Shown here: positions 31,561-39,984 of the stretch, one piece after another
How the letters are laid out: every line of letters begins with the position of its first letter
How positions within the stretch are numbered: the first letter of the stretch is position 1
Source: a virus
DNA length: 40,430 nucleotides
Virus record (IMG/VR): IMGVR_UViG_3300025297_000002
Strand: one strand, 5' to 3'
Notes under the pieces: generated by a model
The model's input: only the letters and a program-made list of their open reading frames with translations
Databases searched by the model: none
What the model was told of the DNA's origin: nothing
Translations under genes and position numbers: made by a program

Positions 31561-32840
31561 TACGCCGCCGCCTTCAATTCGATGACATTCGAGCTGGTCG
31601 CAAACTCGCCCCAGGCCTGGAGGAGCGACCGGCGCGCGTCGAGCATTTCGTCGCGGTCATAGGCGCGCTGCACCTTGGTCCCGATGACGTGGCCCAGGGC
31701 CAGCTCGGCGGCCTTCTCGTCGAGCTTCCGAGCCGAAACCCAGGTGCGGAACGTGGCGCGCATGCCGTGCGGCGTGGCCTTGCCGCCCAGGCCCAGGCCG
31801 CCCTTTGCAACCGGGTCGATCAGCTTGTCGCGCAGCGCGCCCTCGTTCACCGGCTTTTCGCCGCCCAGGCCCCAAAACACGAAATCCGACAGCGCCGACT
31901 TGTGGCAGCTTTCGAGCACCGCCACGGCGGCATCCGACAGCGGCACGATATGCTCGCCGTTCTGCGCGTCGCCGTTGTCGCTCTTGTTGCGCTCGGCCGG
32001 CACGACCCAGGTCCGCGACTTGAGGTCAATTTCCGACCACCGAGCACCGCGCGCCGCATCGGTGCGAACGGCGGTGAGCGTGGCGAAAGCCAGGGCCTTG
32101 GCCGCGTTGCCATTCTTCGGGCCGATCAGCTTGCGGATCACGGCCGGCAGCTCGGCATAGGGCAGCGAGGCCTGCTTGCGCTTGGCGGCGGTGTCGCGCT
32201 TGCCCAGGAGCTGTTCGATATGGGCATCGAAGCGAGCCGGGTTCGGGCCGACATGCAGGCCGCGAGCAATGGCGAGATCAAGCACGGTTTCGACGCGAAC
32301 GCGAACGCGCTCGGCGGTGACATGGATGTCGTTCCAAATCGGCTTGAGCACCTTGACCACGTCATCGGTCGTGATGGTCGAGGCGCGCTTGATCAGCAGC
32401 GAACCGGCGTGGTTCTTGAGCGAATTGCGCCACTCGTCTTCCTGCTGGCACTTGCCGCCCTTGACCTTCCAATCGCTGCGCTTGGTGCCGTCGCCCTTCT
32501 CGCGCTTAATGACCTCGTCGAGCAACTCGGCGAACGTCACCGAGCCGGCCAGGGCGGCGCGCTTGGCGGCAATCTTGGCCTCGACCGGGTCGACGCCCTG
32601 CGACAGCGACAGGCGGGCGGCATCGGCGCGCAAGCGGGCCTCGGTAATGCCGACAGCGAAGGCCGCGCCAGCGCCGGTGTAAGAGCCCAGGCCCAACTCA
32701 CGCTGCTTGCCATTGGCGGCGCGATAGATGAAAAGCCAGGACTTCGCGCCGGTGGCCGACACGAGGAGATAAAGGTTGCGCCCGTCGCTGTAGCGGCCGG
32801 CCTTGAGGTTGCCATTGATGAATGCGGTGGTGAGCTTCAT
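31560..32840 (-). CDS. int: Tyrosine recombinase / phage integrase with a DUF4102-type N-terminal arm-binding domain (426 aa)
   Basis: N-terminus ...GRYSDGRNLYLLVSATGAKSWLFIY...GKQRELGLGSY. C-terminus ...HGMRATFRTW...LGHV...AYDR. Confidence 0.9.
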   Translation of the reverse strand: MKLTTAFINGNLKAGRYSDGRNLYLLVSATGAKSWLFIYRAANGKQRELGLGSYTGAGAAFAVGITEARLRADAARLSLSQGVDPVEAKIAAKRAALAGSVTFAELLDEVIKREKGDGTKRSDWKVKGGKCQQEDEWRNSLKNHAGSLLIKRASTITTDDVVKVLKPIWNDIHVTAERVRVRVETVLDLAIARGLHVGPNPARFDAHIEQLLGKRDTAAKRKQASLPYAELPAVIRKLIGPKNGNAAKALAFATLTAVRTDAARGARWSEIDLKSRTWVVPAERNKSDNGDAQNGEHIVPLSDAAVAVLESCHKSALSDFVFWGLGGEKPVNEGALRDKLIDPVAKGGLGLGGKATPHGMRATFRTWVSARKLDEKAAELALGHVIGTKVQRAYDRDEMLDARRSLLQAWGEFATSSNVIELKAAA

Positions 32841-32946
32841 AATCCCGTTCCTCTGTTCCCAGCGGTGCCCCCAGCAGAAAAGGGCCGCTTTCGTGAACAG
32901 ATTTAAACGGGGTTGTACGCAAATGCAAGAGGAACGCCGGAAAACC

Positions 32947-32968
32947 GGCTATTTTTTAACGGAGTTGC
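32947..32968 (+). repeat. Motif copy GGCTATTTTTTAACGGAGTTGC
   Basis: 19 of 22 positions identical to 33106-27. Confidence 0.7.
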
Positions 32969-33105
32969 ACCCTGATGAACCACCCCCGGCGGAGGAGATG
33001 TCCGCCGGGGAGGACGAGGGGGCATAATTTACCGCCTTGGTTTCGTTGCACTTTTCACCGATAATCCGTTTATTCGACATGCCTGCCCCCAGCGTTTACC
33101 ACAGC

Positions 33106-33127
33106 GGCGATTTTTTAACGTGGTTGC
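33106..33127 (+). repeat. Motif copy GGCGATTTTTTAACGTGGTTGC
   Basis: Direct repeat of 32947-68, 159 bp apart. The core AACGTGGTTGC recurs at 18332-42. Confidence 0.7.
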
Positions 33128-33153
33128 CTTCTCTCACGAATCGAAGCGACGTT

Positions 33154-33615
33154 TCAAGGCTGCGATGGCACCCGAGGCGGTGAGTTTTCCATGCGCTGGA
33201 GGGTTTGATTGGTGAGCGCAATCTGTGTCGAGATCGCCGAAAGCTGGGTGCGCATGTCGGCGAATTGGTTGCTGTAGCTCTCGGTCACGCGGCTGATGCG
33301 GTTGTCGGTGGTTTCATATTCCTTCTCCACCTGGGCCAGCCGATATTCAAACTCGGTCATTTTGAACAAGGTCGTGTCGATGCCTTTGATGCGCTCGCTG
33401 AGTGCGGCGAAGTTGCCGCGCATGTCGGCCACGAGATCGCGGTGCGCCGTCTCGTGTTGCGTGCGCCAATCTTCCAAATCGCCAACTCGCGACTGCGTCG
33501 TGCCCCAGGCGATGCCGACGAGCACGAACGTTCCCAGGAAGCCAGCGACCGAGATCACCGTGTTGAGGTTGATCGACTTTAGGTCGATGCTGCCGTCAGC
33601 CATGGCGACGTTCAC
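33154..33615 (-). CDS. N-terminal TM + long coiled-coil protein (i-spanin-like or exclusion protein, ~150 aa)
   Basis: ...VISVAGFLGTFVLVGIAWG followed by heptad-rich sequence. GTGA junction at 33612-15 (alternative ATG at 33603). Confidence 0.5.
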   Translation of the reverse strand: MNVAMADGSIDLKSINLNTVISVAGFLGTFVLVGIAWGTTQSRVGDLEDWRTQHETAHRDLVADMRGNFAALSERIKGIDTTLFKMTEFEYRLAQVEKEYETTDNRISRVTESYSNQFADMRTQLSAISTQIALTNQTLQRMENSPPRVPSQP

Positions 33616-33785
33616 GACGGCTTATTGGCCGGGAAAAGGAACGTGGTCACCGCCGCCAGAAGGACGGTCACCGCGCCCTGAATTTCCGGCGTCGCCAGCT
33701 CGGCGGGCAGGCCGTATTTCGACACGAGCACGCCGACGACGCCGCCGACGAGCGAGCCGTAAAACTTCGAATAATTGCCAAGCAT
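33612..33785 (-). CDS. Small hydrophobic holin-like membrane protein (57 aa)
   Basis: My own translation: MLGNYSKFYGSLVGGVVGVLVSKYGLPAELATPEIQGAVTVLLAAVTTFLFPANKPS. AGGAGG lies 5 nt upstream. Below the track cutoff in this frame. Confidence 0.5.
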   Translation of the reverse strand: MLGNYSKFYGSLVGGVVGVLVSKYGLPAELATPEIQGAVTVLLAAVTTFLFPANKPS

Positions 33786-33794
33786 GATGGCCTC

Positions 33795-34124
33795 CTACTG
33801 TTGAGCCTTTTTGGCCTTGGCCTCTTTCAGGGCTTGCGAAATGACGATGTAGGCGTTGGCCGCCGCGACGAGCACGGTGGTCGAGGTGGCATGCGAGGGG
33901 TCCGCACAAACCGGCTGGAGCAACGCCCAGGCCTGGGCCTCTCGGTCGATGGTCTTCTGCGACACTGCCCCGGTGGCGGCGACAGCGATAAAGCTCTCGT
34001 GCAGCGGCGTGGCGGCGGCGCAGAGCTGGGGCGCGGACTTCTGGATTGCCGCATCGATGTCGGTGACGGTTTGGCACCCAGCGAGCGCCAGGGCGCACAC
34101 CACGGCGACGATAAGTTTTTGCAT
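33795..34124 (-). CDS. Lipoprotein (109 aa; lipobox LALAGC)
   Basis: MQKLIVAVVCALALAGCQT... AGGAGAGGG RBS. Several further Cys residues. Confidence 0.65.
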   Translation of the reverse strand: MQKLIVAVVCALALAGCQTVTDIDAAIQKSAPQLCAAATPLHESFIAVAATGAVSQKTIDREAQAWALLQPVCADPSHATSTTVLVAAANAYIVISQALKEAKAKKAQQ

Positions 34125-34133
34125 TTCCCTCTC

Positions 34134-35213
34134 CTATGCCCAGTAGGTGGTGAGCTGGATAACCGGCCAGCTCGTGCCGGCCTTGGGTCCGAACAGTGAG
34201 CCGGTCGCGGTGTTGACATAAAAGTCACCATCGACGCCGGTGCTGCCGGTCGGGTCGACCGTGCCCGAAAGCAGATTGATGGCATCCGCGCCGGCCGGGC
34301 CGGTCGGTCCCGTCGCGCCGGTAGCGCCGGTCGCGCCAACGTCGCCGCGCGGGATCACGAAATTGATGGTCTGATTTGGCGCGGTGCCGGTGATGGTCGC
34401 ACTGGCGGCCGAGCCCGGCGCGCCAGTGGTGACCGTGCCGACAGTGAGCGTGTTTGCCGGGCCAGTCGCGCCAGTGGGGCCGATAGGCCCAGTGGGGCCG
34501 GTAGGTCCGGTCGGACCAATAGGGCCGGTCGGTCCCGTCGCGCCAATGGGGCCAGTCGGCCCGATGACGCCCTGCACACCCTGGATGCCCTGCACACCCT
34601 GGATACCTTGAACGCCCTGGATGCCCTGGTCGCCCTGGGGGATCATGAAACTGAGCGCCTGCATGGGGCTGTCGCCGGTGATCGTGACCTCGGCATCGCT
34701 GCCCGCCGGCCCCGTCTCGACGCTGGCGATAGACAGGACGTTGGCCGGGCCAGGGTTGCCTTGGATGCCCTGCTCGCCCTGCGGACCTTGGGGGCCGATG
34801 ATGGTCGGAATAGCCATCGGCGCAAGCGGGCCGTTGGTGAGATAGGCGCTGCCCTGGGTCGCCAGGACGCCGGTCGCAATGAGCCCGACCGGCACCGGCG
34901 GATCATCGGGATTTGGCGCGGCGATGCGCTCATAAATCTCGACCGAGTAGCCGCGAAGATCACCGAGGGCCGGCCCCGGCACGGTCACCATGGCGGTGCC
35001 GGCGGCGGCGTCGACCGTCTCGAAATCGTAGGCATAGCGCCCGCCGAAGCTGCGCGGCATCAGCACGAGCTGGGGCATCAGCTCGCCAGGGTCGACAGCG
35101 GCACCCAGCGGTGACAGGAACGCCAGCGTCAAATCCATTTCGACGCCGAGCGGGGTCCGCACCGACAGCTTGGCGGGCTCGACTGGATTGAGAAAAACGT
35201 TCCTGCTGATCAC
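34134..35213 (-). CDS. Collagen-like repeat tail fibre protein (359 aa)
   Basis: Three G-X-Y blocks (34746-96, 34458-634, 34290-343). GTG start at 35213 after AAGAGGG (the track start at 35297 overlaps the upstream gene by 70 nt). Confidence 0.8.
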   Translation of the reverse strand: MISRNVFLNPVEPAKLSVRTPLGVEMDLTLAFLSPLGAAVDPGELMPQLVLMPRSFGGRYAYDFETVDAAAGTAMVTVPGPALGDLRGYSVEIYERIAAPNPDDPPVPVGLIATGVLATQGSAYLTNGPLAPMAIPTIIGPQGPQGEQGIQGNPGPANVLSIASVETGPAGSDAEVTITGDSPMQALSFMIPQGDQGIQGVQGIQGVQGIQGVQGVIGPTGPIGATGPTGPIGPTGPTGPTGPIGPTGATGPANTLTVGTVTTGAPGSAASATITGTAPNQTINFVIPRGDVGATGATGATGPTGPAGADAINLLSGTVDPTGSTGVDGDFYVNTATGSLFGPKAGTSWPVIQLTTYWA

Positions 35214-35226
35214 GACAAAGCCCTCT

Positions 35227-35550
35227 TTAGGCTGCGTTGGCAAAGGCGGCGGCACGAGCGCCCCAAATCGAGGCCAGCACAAACTCGATGTCGCCATCGG
35301 GCACGGCGTCGCCGCCGTTGGCCTCGATGTTCTGCGAAATCGTGGCGTTCGACGCCACGAGGTGGAGGGCCAGCAGCAGGGCCTTGTCCTGGCCCGTCAT
35401 GACCAATCCGGCATAGTGGAGGCGGTTGGCATGGTCGGGCGTTGCAGGGTCTTCTGCTGCGACTTGCTGGGCCACCTTGAGGGCGAGGAACGCGACGCGG
35501 GTGTAAAACGTCGGGGTGCTTGCGGCAGCAATGATGTCCTTAGTTGCCAT
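35227..35550 (-). CDS. Hypothetical tail-fibre-module protein (107 aa)
   Basis: Track ORF, tightly packed. Confidence 0.55.
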   Translation of the reverse strand: MATKDIIAAASTPTFYTRVAFLALKVAQQVAAEDPATPDHANRLHYAGLVMTGQDKALLLALHLVASNATISQNIEANGGDAVPDGDIEFVLASIWGARAAAFANAA

Positions 35551-35863
35551 TGTAGATTTCTCCGAGGGTTGGGCCGCCGAAAAGGTCGTCGGGGGCGCTG
35601 AGGATTTGCTGGTCGATTTGGGCGTCGTCGATTGGCGCGGCGGTGTAGACCATCGTCGGAACGCCCTCGATCAACTCAAGCGTCGAGGTGTAATTGCCGG
35701 CCGGCGGGTCAGGCACGACGATGGTTGCGAGCCGGTAGTTTTCGAACGTCCAGCCATCCAGGGCCGGCGAAACTTGCACAAGGATTTCCGGGATATTGAG
35801 GGTGCCACCCTCGGGCACGGCGGCATTCACGATTTCGGTGTCGTCTTTGATCAGGGCGAGCAT
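35540..35863 (-). CDS. Hypothetical tail-fibre-module protein (107 aa)
   Basis: ATG at 35863 forms a TAATG junction (MLALIKDDTEIVN...). Confidence 0.55.
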   Translation of the reverse strand: MLALIKDDTEIVNAAVPEGGTLNIPEILVQVSPALDGWTFENYRLATIVVPDPPAGNYTSTLELIEGVPTMVYTAAPIDDAQIDQQILSAPDDLFGGPTLGEIYNGN

Positions 35864-36678
35864 TAGAAGCCACTCCAGCGCTTGAGAAACCGGGCGCGCA
35901 GCGCATCGCATTCGGCTTGGGTGAGTATCCGGTCGAACATGGCGAAGCCGTAGAGCCGGCGGCCGGCGGTCATCGCCGTTGAGCCGTCTGAGGTCAGGCC
36001 GAGCCGTGCGGCCAAGCTCGCGTTTGAGGCGCTGGGCGTGAAAGAGCTTGTGCCGGTGCTAATCTCATAGGTCGAGTTGCAGTAAAAGGCGGCGTCGCGG
36101 CTGGTGTTCGAGGTGATTTTTCGGCCCCAGCCATAGAGTTGGATGACATTATTTGCACCGGCGACGCTCGATTGTCCGTTGACTTGCTGCGAGCCGTTGC
36201 CCACGACCGATTGCGGAAAGAGGCCGGGCGCGTGCATGAGGCCGATGCCAACGGTGGTGTTGCCGATCACGCCGGTATGGGTGTTGAAGCCCGCGCCATA
36301 GCCGGTGGTCGTGAAGCACAGTTCAAGGGCCATCCATTGGGCACCGATCTTGTGCAGGCTGTTCAAAAAGGTGTCGTTCGCACCCGAGGCGAGCGAAAAG
36401 CCTTGGCCGCCCGCGCTGCTCCAATATTCGTTGGCGCTCATGTCGCCCACGGTGCCGACAAACGACGGGCCGCTGGCAACCGGCGAGGCGGCCGAGCCCA
36501 GCGTGAAATGATAGCCGTTGCCGCTGACATCGAACCACGTCGAGCCGCTGCCCGGCCAACTGTTGCGGTCGCCGGGGTCGAGGCAGATTTTCAGGTTTGC
36601 CAAAAGCCCGGCACCCTTGATCAGGTTTTTGAGCCTCAAGTTTGGGCGCGACGTATAGGGCATCAGCGGCAGCGGCAT
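35863..36678 (-). CDS. LamG / concanavalin-A-like lectin-fold protein (271 aa), probable receptor-binding accessory
   Basis: ATG at 36678 (TGATG junction). ...WFDVSGNGYHFTLG...RLYGFAMFDRILTQAECDALRARF... is typical of phage LamG-like proteins. Confidence 0.55.
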   Translation of the reverse strand: MPLPLMPYTSRPNLRLKNLIKGAGLLANLKICLDPGDRNSWPGSGSTWFDVSGNGYHFTLGSAASPVASGPSFVGTVGDMSANEYWSSAGGQGFSLASGANDTFLNSLHKIGAQWMALELCFTTTGYGAGFNTHTGVIGNTTVGIGLMHAPGLFPQSVVGNGSQQVNGQSSVAGANNVIQLYGWGRKITSNTSRDAAFYCNSTYEISTGTSSFTPSASNASLAARLGLTSDGSTAMTAGRRLYGFAMFDRILTQAECDALRARFLKRWSGF

Positions 36679-37796
36679 CACGCCACCTGCTGAATGTTGA
36701 TCGTGCGGATGCCGCCGAAATGGACAATGCTGCAAAGGAAGCCCGCGCCGTTGGTTGTGGTGAGCGGGTCGCCGGTGATCGCATTCCAGCCCGAAAAAGT
36801 GATCACGCCGGCCGTGGCGCTGTTCGAAAGCCAAACAACCAGCGTGTAGGCTTTGGAAGCATCGCTATCGATAGCCCAGGTGAACGCGCCGCCGTTGGTC
36901 ACCATGCGGAAATTGCCATCGGCAGCGGTCGGCGCGTAGGTGCCGCTCGACTTGGTGCCGTCGTTGGTGAAAACGGACATCATCGCGCCCGCGCTGGTCA
37001 GCGTGATATCGCCCGTGAAAGCCTGCGCGCCCGACCAAGTGTAAGCGCCGGTGAAGGTGCCCGAGGCGAGGCCCTCGTGCATGATCCGGTAGGCGTTTGC
37101 GCCCATCGACCACCCGCCGACTTTCAGAATGTTGTCGGTGTCGAGGCCGAAATTGACCGCAAAGGCAGTGAGGCGGTTGAACGAAATAAAAGCCGCCGCG
37201 CCGGCATTGGTCGGGGCATTGACGACAAGGGCGGTGCCCGTATTGCCGCCGCTCTGTCCGATGGCCCCGACCGTCGACAGCGTGATGTTCATAATTGAAT
37301 TGAAGGTCTGTCCGGCGGTCCAGGTCTGCGCCGCCTCCAGTCGGCCGTAGGTGTAGGTTGCGCCGTTGATGCGGTGCTTGAGGCCGGCGTTGCCAGGATC
37401 AGGCCAGATGTCGCCATTTGCCGGCGTCGTGGGCGCGGCGGTGGCATTCGGGAAATTCACCGGCGGGGTGCCAGCAACGCCGGTCGGCAGCGTCACTTTG
37501 CCGGTGAAGGTCGGGCTTGCCAGGGGTGCCTTGAGCGCGTCGGCGGTGTCGACGTAGGTCTTGCTCGCCGCGTCGGTCGGATTGGTCGGTGCGCCCAGGT
37601 TGACGAGCTTTTTCCCGTTCATCGGGATGTTGGCCGTGGGCTGGGTCTGGCCGTCTTTGGTGATCGTGTTCGACAGGCCGGCGGCGATGTCGTCGTCGTT
37701 CTGGTCGTGACGGTCGGCGCGGATTTTGATCGCCGCCGCCGCGTCGTTGGTCCAGTCCATCACTCGGTTGAAATTGCCGCTGCCGTCGAAGGGCAT
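36678..37796 (-). CDS. Tail fibre protein (372 aa)
   Basis: N-terminus MPFDGSGNFNRVMDWTNDAAAAIKIRADRHDQNDDDIAAGLSNTITKDGQT...NGKKLVNLG..TNPTDAASKTYVD is the classic fibre N-terminal pattern. GGAGG RBS. Confidence 0.8.
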   Translation of the reverse strand: MPFDGSGNFNRVMDWTNDAAAAIKIRADRHDQNDDDIAAGLSNTITKDGQTQPTANIPMNGKKLVNLGAPTNPTDAASKTYVDTADALKAPLASPTFTGKVTLPTGVAGTPPVNFPNATAAPTTPANGDIWPDPGNAGLKHRINGATYTYGRLEAAQTWTAGQTFNSIMNITLSTVGAIGQSGGNTGTALVVNAPTNAGAAAFISFNRLTAFAVNFGLDTDNILKVGGWSMGANAYRIMHEGLASGTFTGAYTWSGAQAFTGDITLTSAGAMMSVFTNDGTKSSGTYAPTAADGNFRMVTNGGAFTWAIDSDASKAYTLVVWLSNSATAGVITFSGWNAITGDPLTTTNGAGFLCSIVHFGGIRTINIQQVA

Positions 37797-37805
37797 AGCC
37801 GCCTC

Positions 37806-39848
37806 CTATTTGTCCTGCTGTGCCGAACCGGCGAGCCCCAGGGCCGAAGCCAGGGCCGCCAGCGTGGCGACTTGTTGCGCTCGGTAGCTCATCGGCATGC
37901 CGCCTTCCCTGGTCGCCCAAGGGGGCAGCAAACCGGCCTTCTGATCGGCGTAGGTCGTGTCGCGCGGATTGGCGCGGTTCGCGTCGCCGTAAGGCCCGAA
38001 ATTCACCCAGGAGTTTTGTCCGCGCGTCTCGGTCGTGAGCGCCGGAACAGCGTCGGGCGAGAAAAGGCGCTTATGCGCCTGCCATGCATTTTCCTCGCCG
38101 CGCGCACCGAAGTTAGCACCTTCCATGCCGTGGCCGAAATAGTCATGCACGGCCCGGAATGCATCGTTGACGAGCATGTCGTGGCCGCCGTGGTTGATGC
38201 CGGTCGGGGCGAGCATCGGATTGTCGGCGGCCGAGGCGTTGACCGAGCCGAAACCTTGCTCGGTCGGGAACACCGAAAGATGGTTGTTTGCCCTGAGATC
38301 GGCGAGCGCATCGCGCGGGCCGCCTGGGTATGGGTCGGGCGCTCCAGGCTTCAAGAAATCGATCTTGGCCCCGCTGTCGAGCATGGCCTGCCATTGCTTC
38401 ATCGTCTCGTCGGCGAGGGCCTGATAGGAAGCGGCAACGCGCGGGTCGGCCGGGTCGTGCGGCATGCGGTCATAGGCCTGGGCGATGTAGCGGCCCCGGC
38501 GCGGGCTCACCTCGGCATAGGCGGGCTGGCGCTTTAGATCGATGCCGGCGCGGCGCGCATATTCCTCGGCCGCCGCGTTGACGGCCGGCACCGGCCCCTC
38601 GACGTGCGGCGGCGCGCCTTTGAGCGGGCCGAAGTCCATAGCCTCGCCACCGGCGGGCGCGGCCGGCCGTCGCACGATCTGGAAAAGGTCTGGCACGTCC
38701 TGGGTTTCCCAGGGCGGAATTTCGCGGCGCTGTTCGGGCGTGAAATCCTGCCGGGCCTGGACATTGCGCGCCTCGACCTCGCCGGCAAGGTGCTGGTAAC
38801 CGGCGCGCGGCCCCTTCACGTCGATTGCATTGAGCGCCTGATGGCGCAAAGCCTCGTCCTCGGGATTGGCCTTGCTCCATTCGTCATAAGCCGCCTGGAG
38901 CGCGGCGAGCCGGTCGCGGCCCTCGACGCCCTCAAGCCCTTCAAGGTTCGGACCATATTTCGCATCGACAAAGGCGCGACGATTGCCGGCGATGGCGCGG
39001 TGAATGTCGGCCGCGCGCTGGCCCACTTCGCGAGCCTGGGGAACGAGCGTGTTGTCTGCCGGATTGCCGCCGCGCGGGAAGCCCTCGGCGCGCTGCGCGG
39101 CGTGTTGCAGCTCGTGCAGGCCAATGTCGCGCACATCGGCAATGTCCTTGCCGGCGGCCTGGAGGGTGTTGCTCGGCGCGTCGAACATGCCGCCGCGAAA
39201 GGTCGGGTCAAGCGAAACGCTGGCGTCGATCTCACGCAACTGCGGGTGGCTGGCGTACAGCTCGGGATGATTGATCACGCCGGCCGCCTTGCCGGTGTAC
39301 CCAAGGAGGTCGCCATCGTCGGCCGGCTGTTTGATGGTGCGGGCGGCCGGGTCGCTCACCTTGGCTGGGGTGTCGTCGATCTCATATTTCCAATCGCCGT
39401 GCTGCTTGAACCACCCGGTTTTTTGCAGCACGTCCTTTCGGCTTGCGCCGCCCTCGGCCATCGACTTGGCGAGCTGGAGCGCCTCACGGTCGGCGAGCTT
39501 CGAAGCGGCACCCAGGAAGATGGCTTTCATGCCGGTGCCGACATCAGGAACGACACCCACGGCGTTAAGGCCGGCCCCGACATAGTCGCCGTGCTTGAGA
39601 TTGCGGGCGGCGTCCTCCGCTGCAATGGCCGTTCCGGTGCCGGGGAAGGCCCCCAGGAGCGTCATGCTGTCCCGCCGGGCCTCGTCATACGGCTTGCCCG
39701 AGATCGCGTTTGCAGCGCCTCCCATGAGGTCCGCAAGGCGGTCCCGCCAACTCGGGTTGTAATTTTCCGCATAGGTGCCGGTCGGCGAGGGCGGCGGCTC
39801 GGCCTGCCCTGCTTTCCACTTCCTAATGAGGTCATACTTATCTGCCAT
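37806..39848 (-). CDS. Large two-part virion-module protein (680 aa) with a zincin-like HExxH motif and a His-rich C-terminal domain; polyvalent/ejected effector candidate
   Basis: HELQH at 39102-16 followed by ...AEGFPRGG...GEVEARN. C-terminal ...NDAFRAVHDYFGHGMEGANFGARGEENAW... Lies between an ejection protein and the tail fibre. Confidence 0.6.
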   Translation of the reverse strand: MADKYDLIRKWKAGQAEPPPSPTGTYAENYNPSWRDRLADLMGGAANAISGKPYDEARRDSMTLLGAFPGTGTAIAAEDAARNLKHGDYVGAGLNAVGVVPDVGTGMKAIFLGAASKLADREALQLAKSMAEGGASRKDVLQKTGWFKQHGDWKYEIDDTPAKVSDPAARTIKQPADDGDLLGYTGKAAGVINHPELYASHPQLREIDASVSLDPTFRGGMFDAPSNTLQAAGKDIADVRDIGLHELQHAAQRAEGFPRGGNPADNTLVPQAREVGQRAADIHRAIAGNRRAFVDAKYGPNLEGLEGVEGRDRLAALQAAYDEWSKANPEDEALRHQALNAIDVKGPRAGYQHLAGEVEARNVQARQDFTPEQRREIPPWETQDVPDLFQIVRRPAAPAGGEAMDFGPLKGAPPHVEGPVPAVNAAAEEYARRAGIDLKRQPAYAEVSPRRGRYIAQAYDRMPHDPADPRVAASYQALADETMKQWQAMLDSGAKIDFLKPGAPDPYPGGPRDALADLRANNHLSVFPTEQGFGSVNASAADNPMLAPTGINHGGHDMLVNDAFRAVHDYFGHGMEGANFGARGEENAWQAHKRLFSPDAVPALTTETRGQNSWVNFGPYGDANRANPRDTTYADQKAGLLPPWATREGGMPMSYRAQQVATLAALASALGLAGSAQQDK

Positions 39849-39876
39849 TGAAGCGTCGCTTCACTTCGCCTATATT
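39848..39876 (+). promoter_or_regulatory. Near-consensus sigma-70-type promoter TTGAAG-N17-TATATT, antisense to the late operon, overlapped by the palindrome TGAAGCGTCGCTTCA (39849-63)
   Basis: Read directly. It sits in a 132-nt gap in an otherwise gap-free operon. Confidence 0.5.
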
Positions 39877-39903
39877 CGGGGTCGGTTTTGAAAGGGGTCC
39901 ACC

Positions 39904-39984
39904 ATGCTTGCCTTTGTCGGTTTCGTTGCAGTCCTCCTTGGCTTCATCGCGCTTAACCTCGCCATCGACGCCATCTTCGGTTAA
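39904..39984 (+). CDS. 26-aa hydrophobic peptide MLAFVGFVAVLLGFIALNLAIDAIFG (single TM helix)
   Basis: My own translation. AAAGGGG RBS 6 nt upstream of the ATG. Followed by GGCCGC-N10-GCGGCC-TTT (39996-40020). Confidence 0.4.
   Translation: MLAFVGFVAVLLGFIALNLAIDAIFG

Larger units (their letters stand above)
32841..33153. promoter_or_regulatory. attP-like non-coding region with the integrase promoter and repeated TTAACGnnGTTG motifs
   Basis: A 313-nt AT-richer gap next to int. Direct repeats at 32947-68 and 33106-27, a weaker copy at 32901-16, and a central 9-bp hairpin at 32984-33010. Candidate promoter TTGCAT-N17-TAAATC on the minus strand (32900-28). Confidence 0.5.

Noticed and set aside
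32841-33153. A tRNA or tmRNA fragment as the attP core.
   Set aside because: I could not find a T-arm or acceptor-like GGTTCGAATCC-type segment, or any cloverleaf, by eye. This needs a search against host genomes rather than a claim here.
34290-34796. The periodic 9- and 18-bp DNA repeats as a CRISPR array or non-coding satellite.
   Set aside because: They are in frame and encode G-X-Y collagen-like triplets within a fibre gene. There are no spacer-like unique units.
34134-37796. A diversity-generating retroelement acting on the fibre or LamG genes.
   Set aside because: There is no reverse transcriptase gene and no template/variable repeat pair anywhere in the window.
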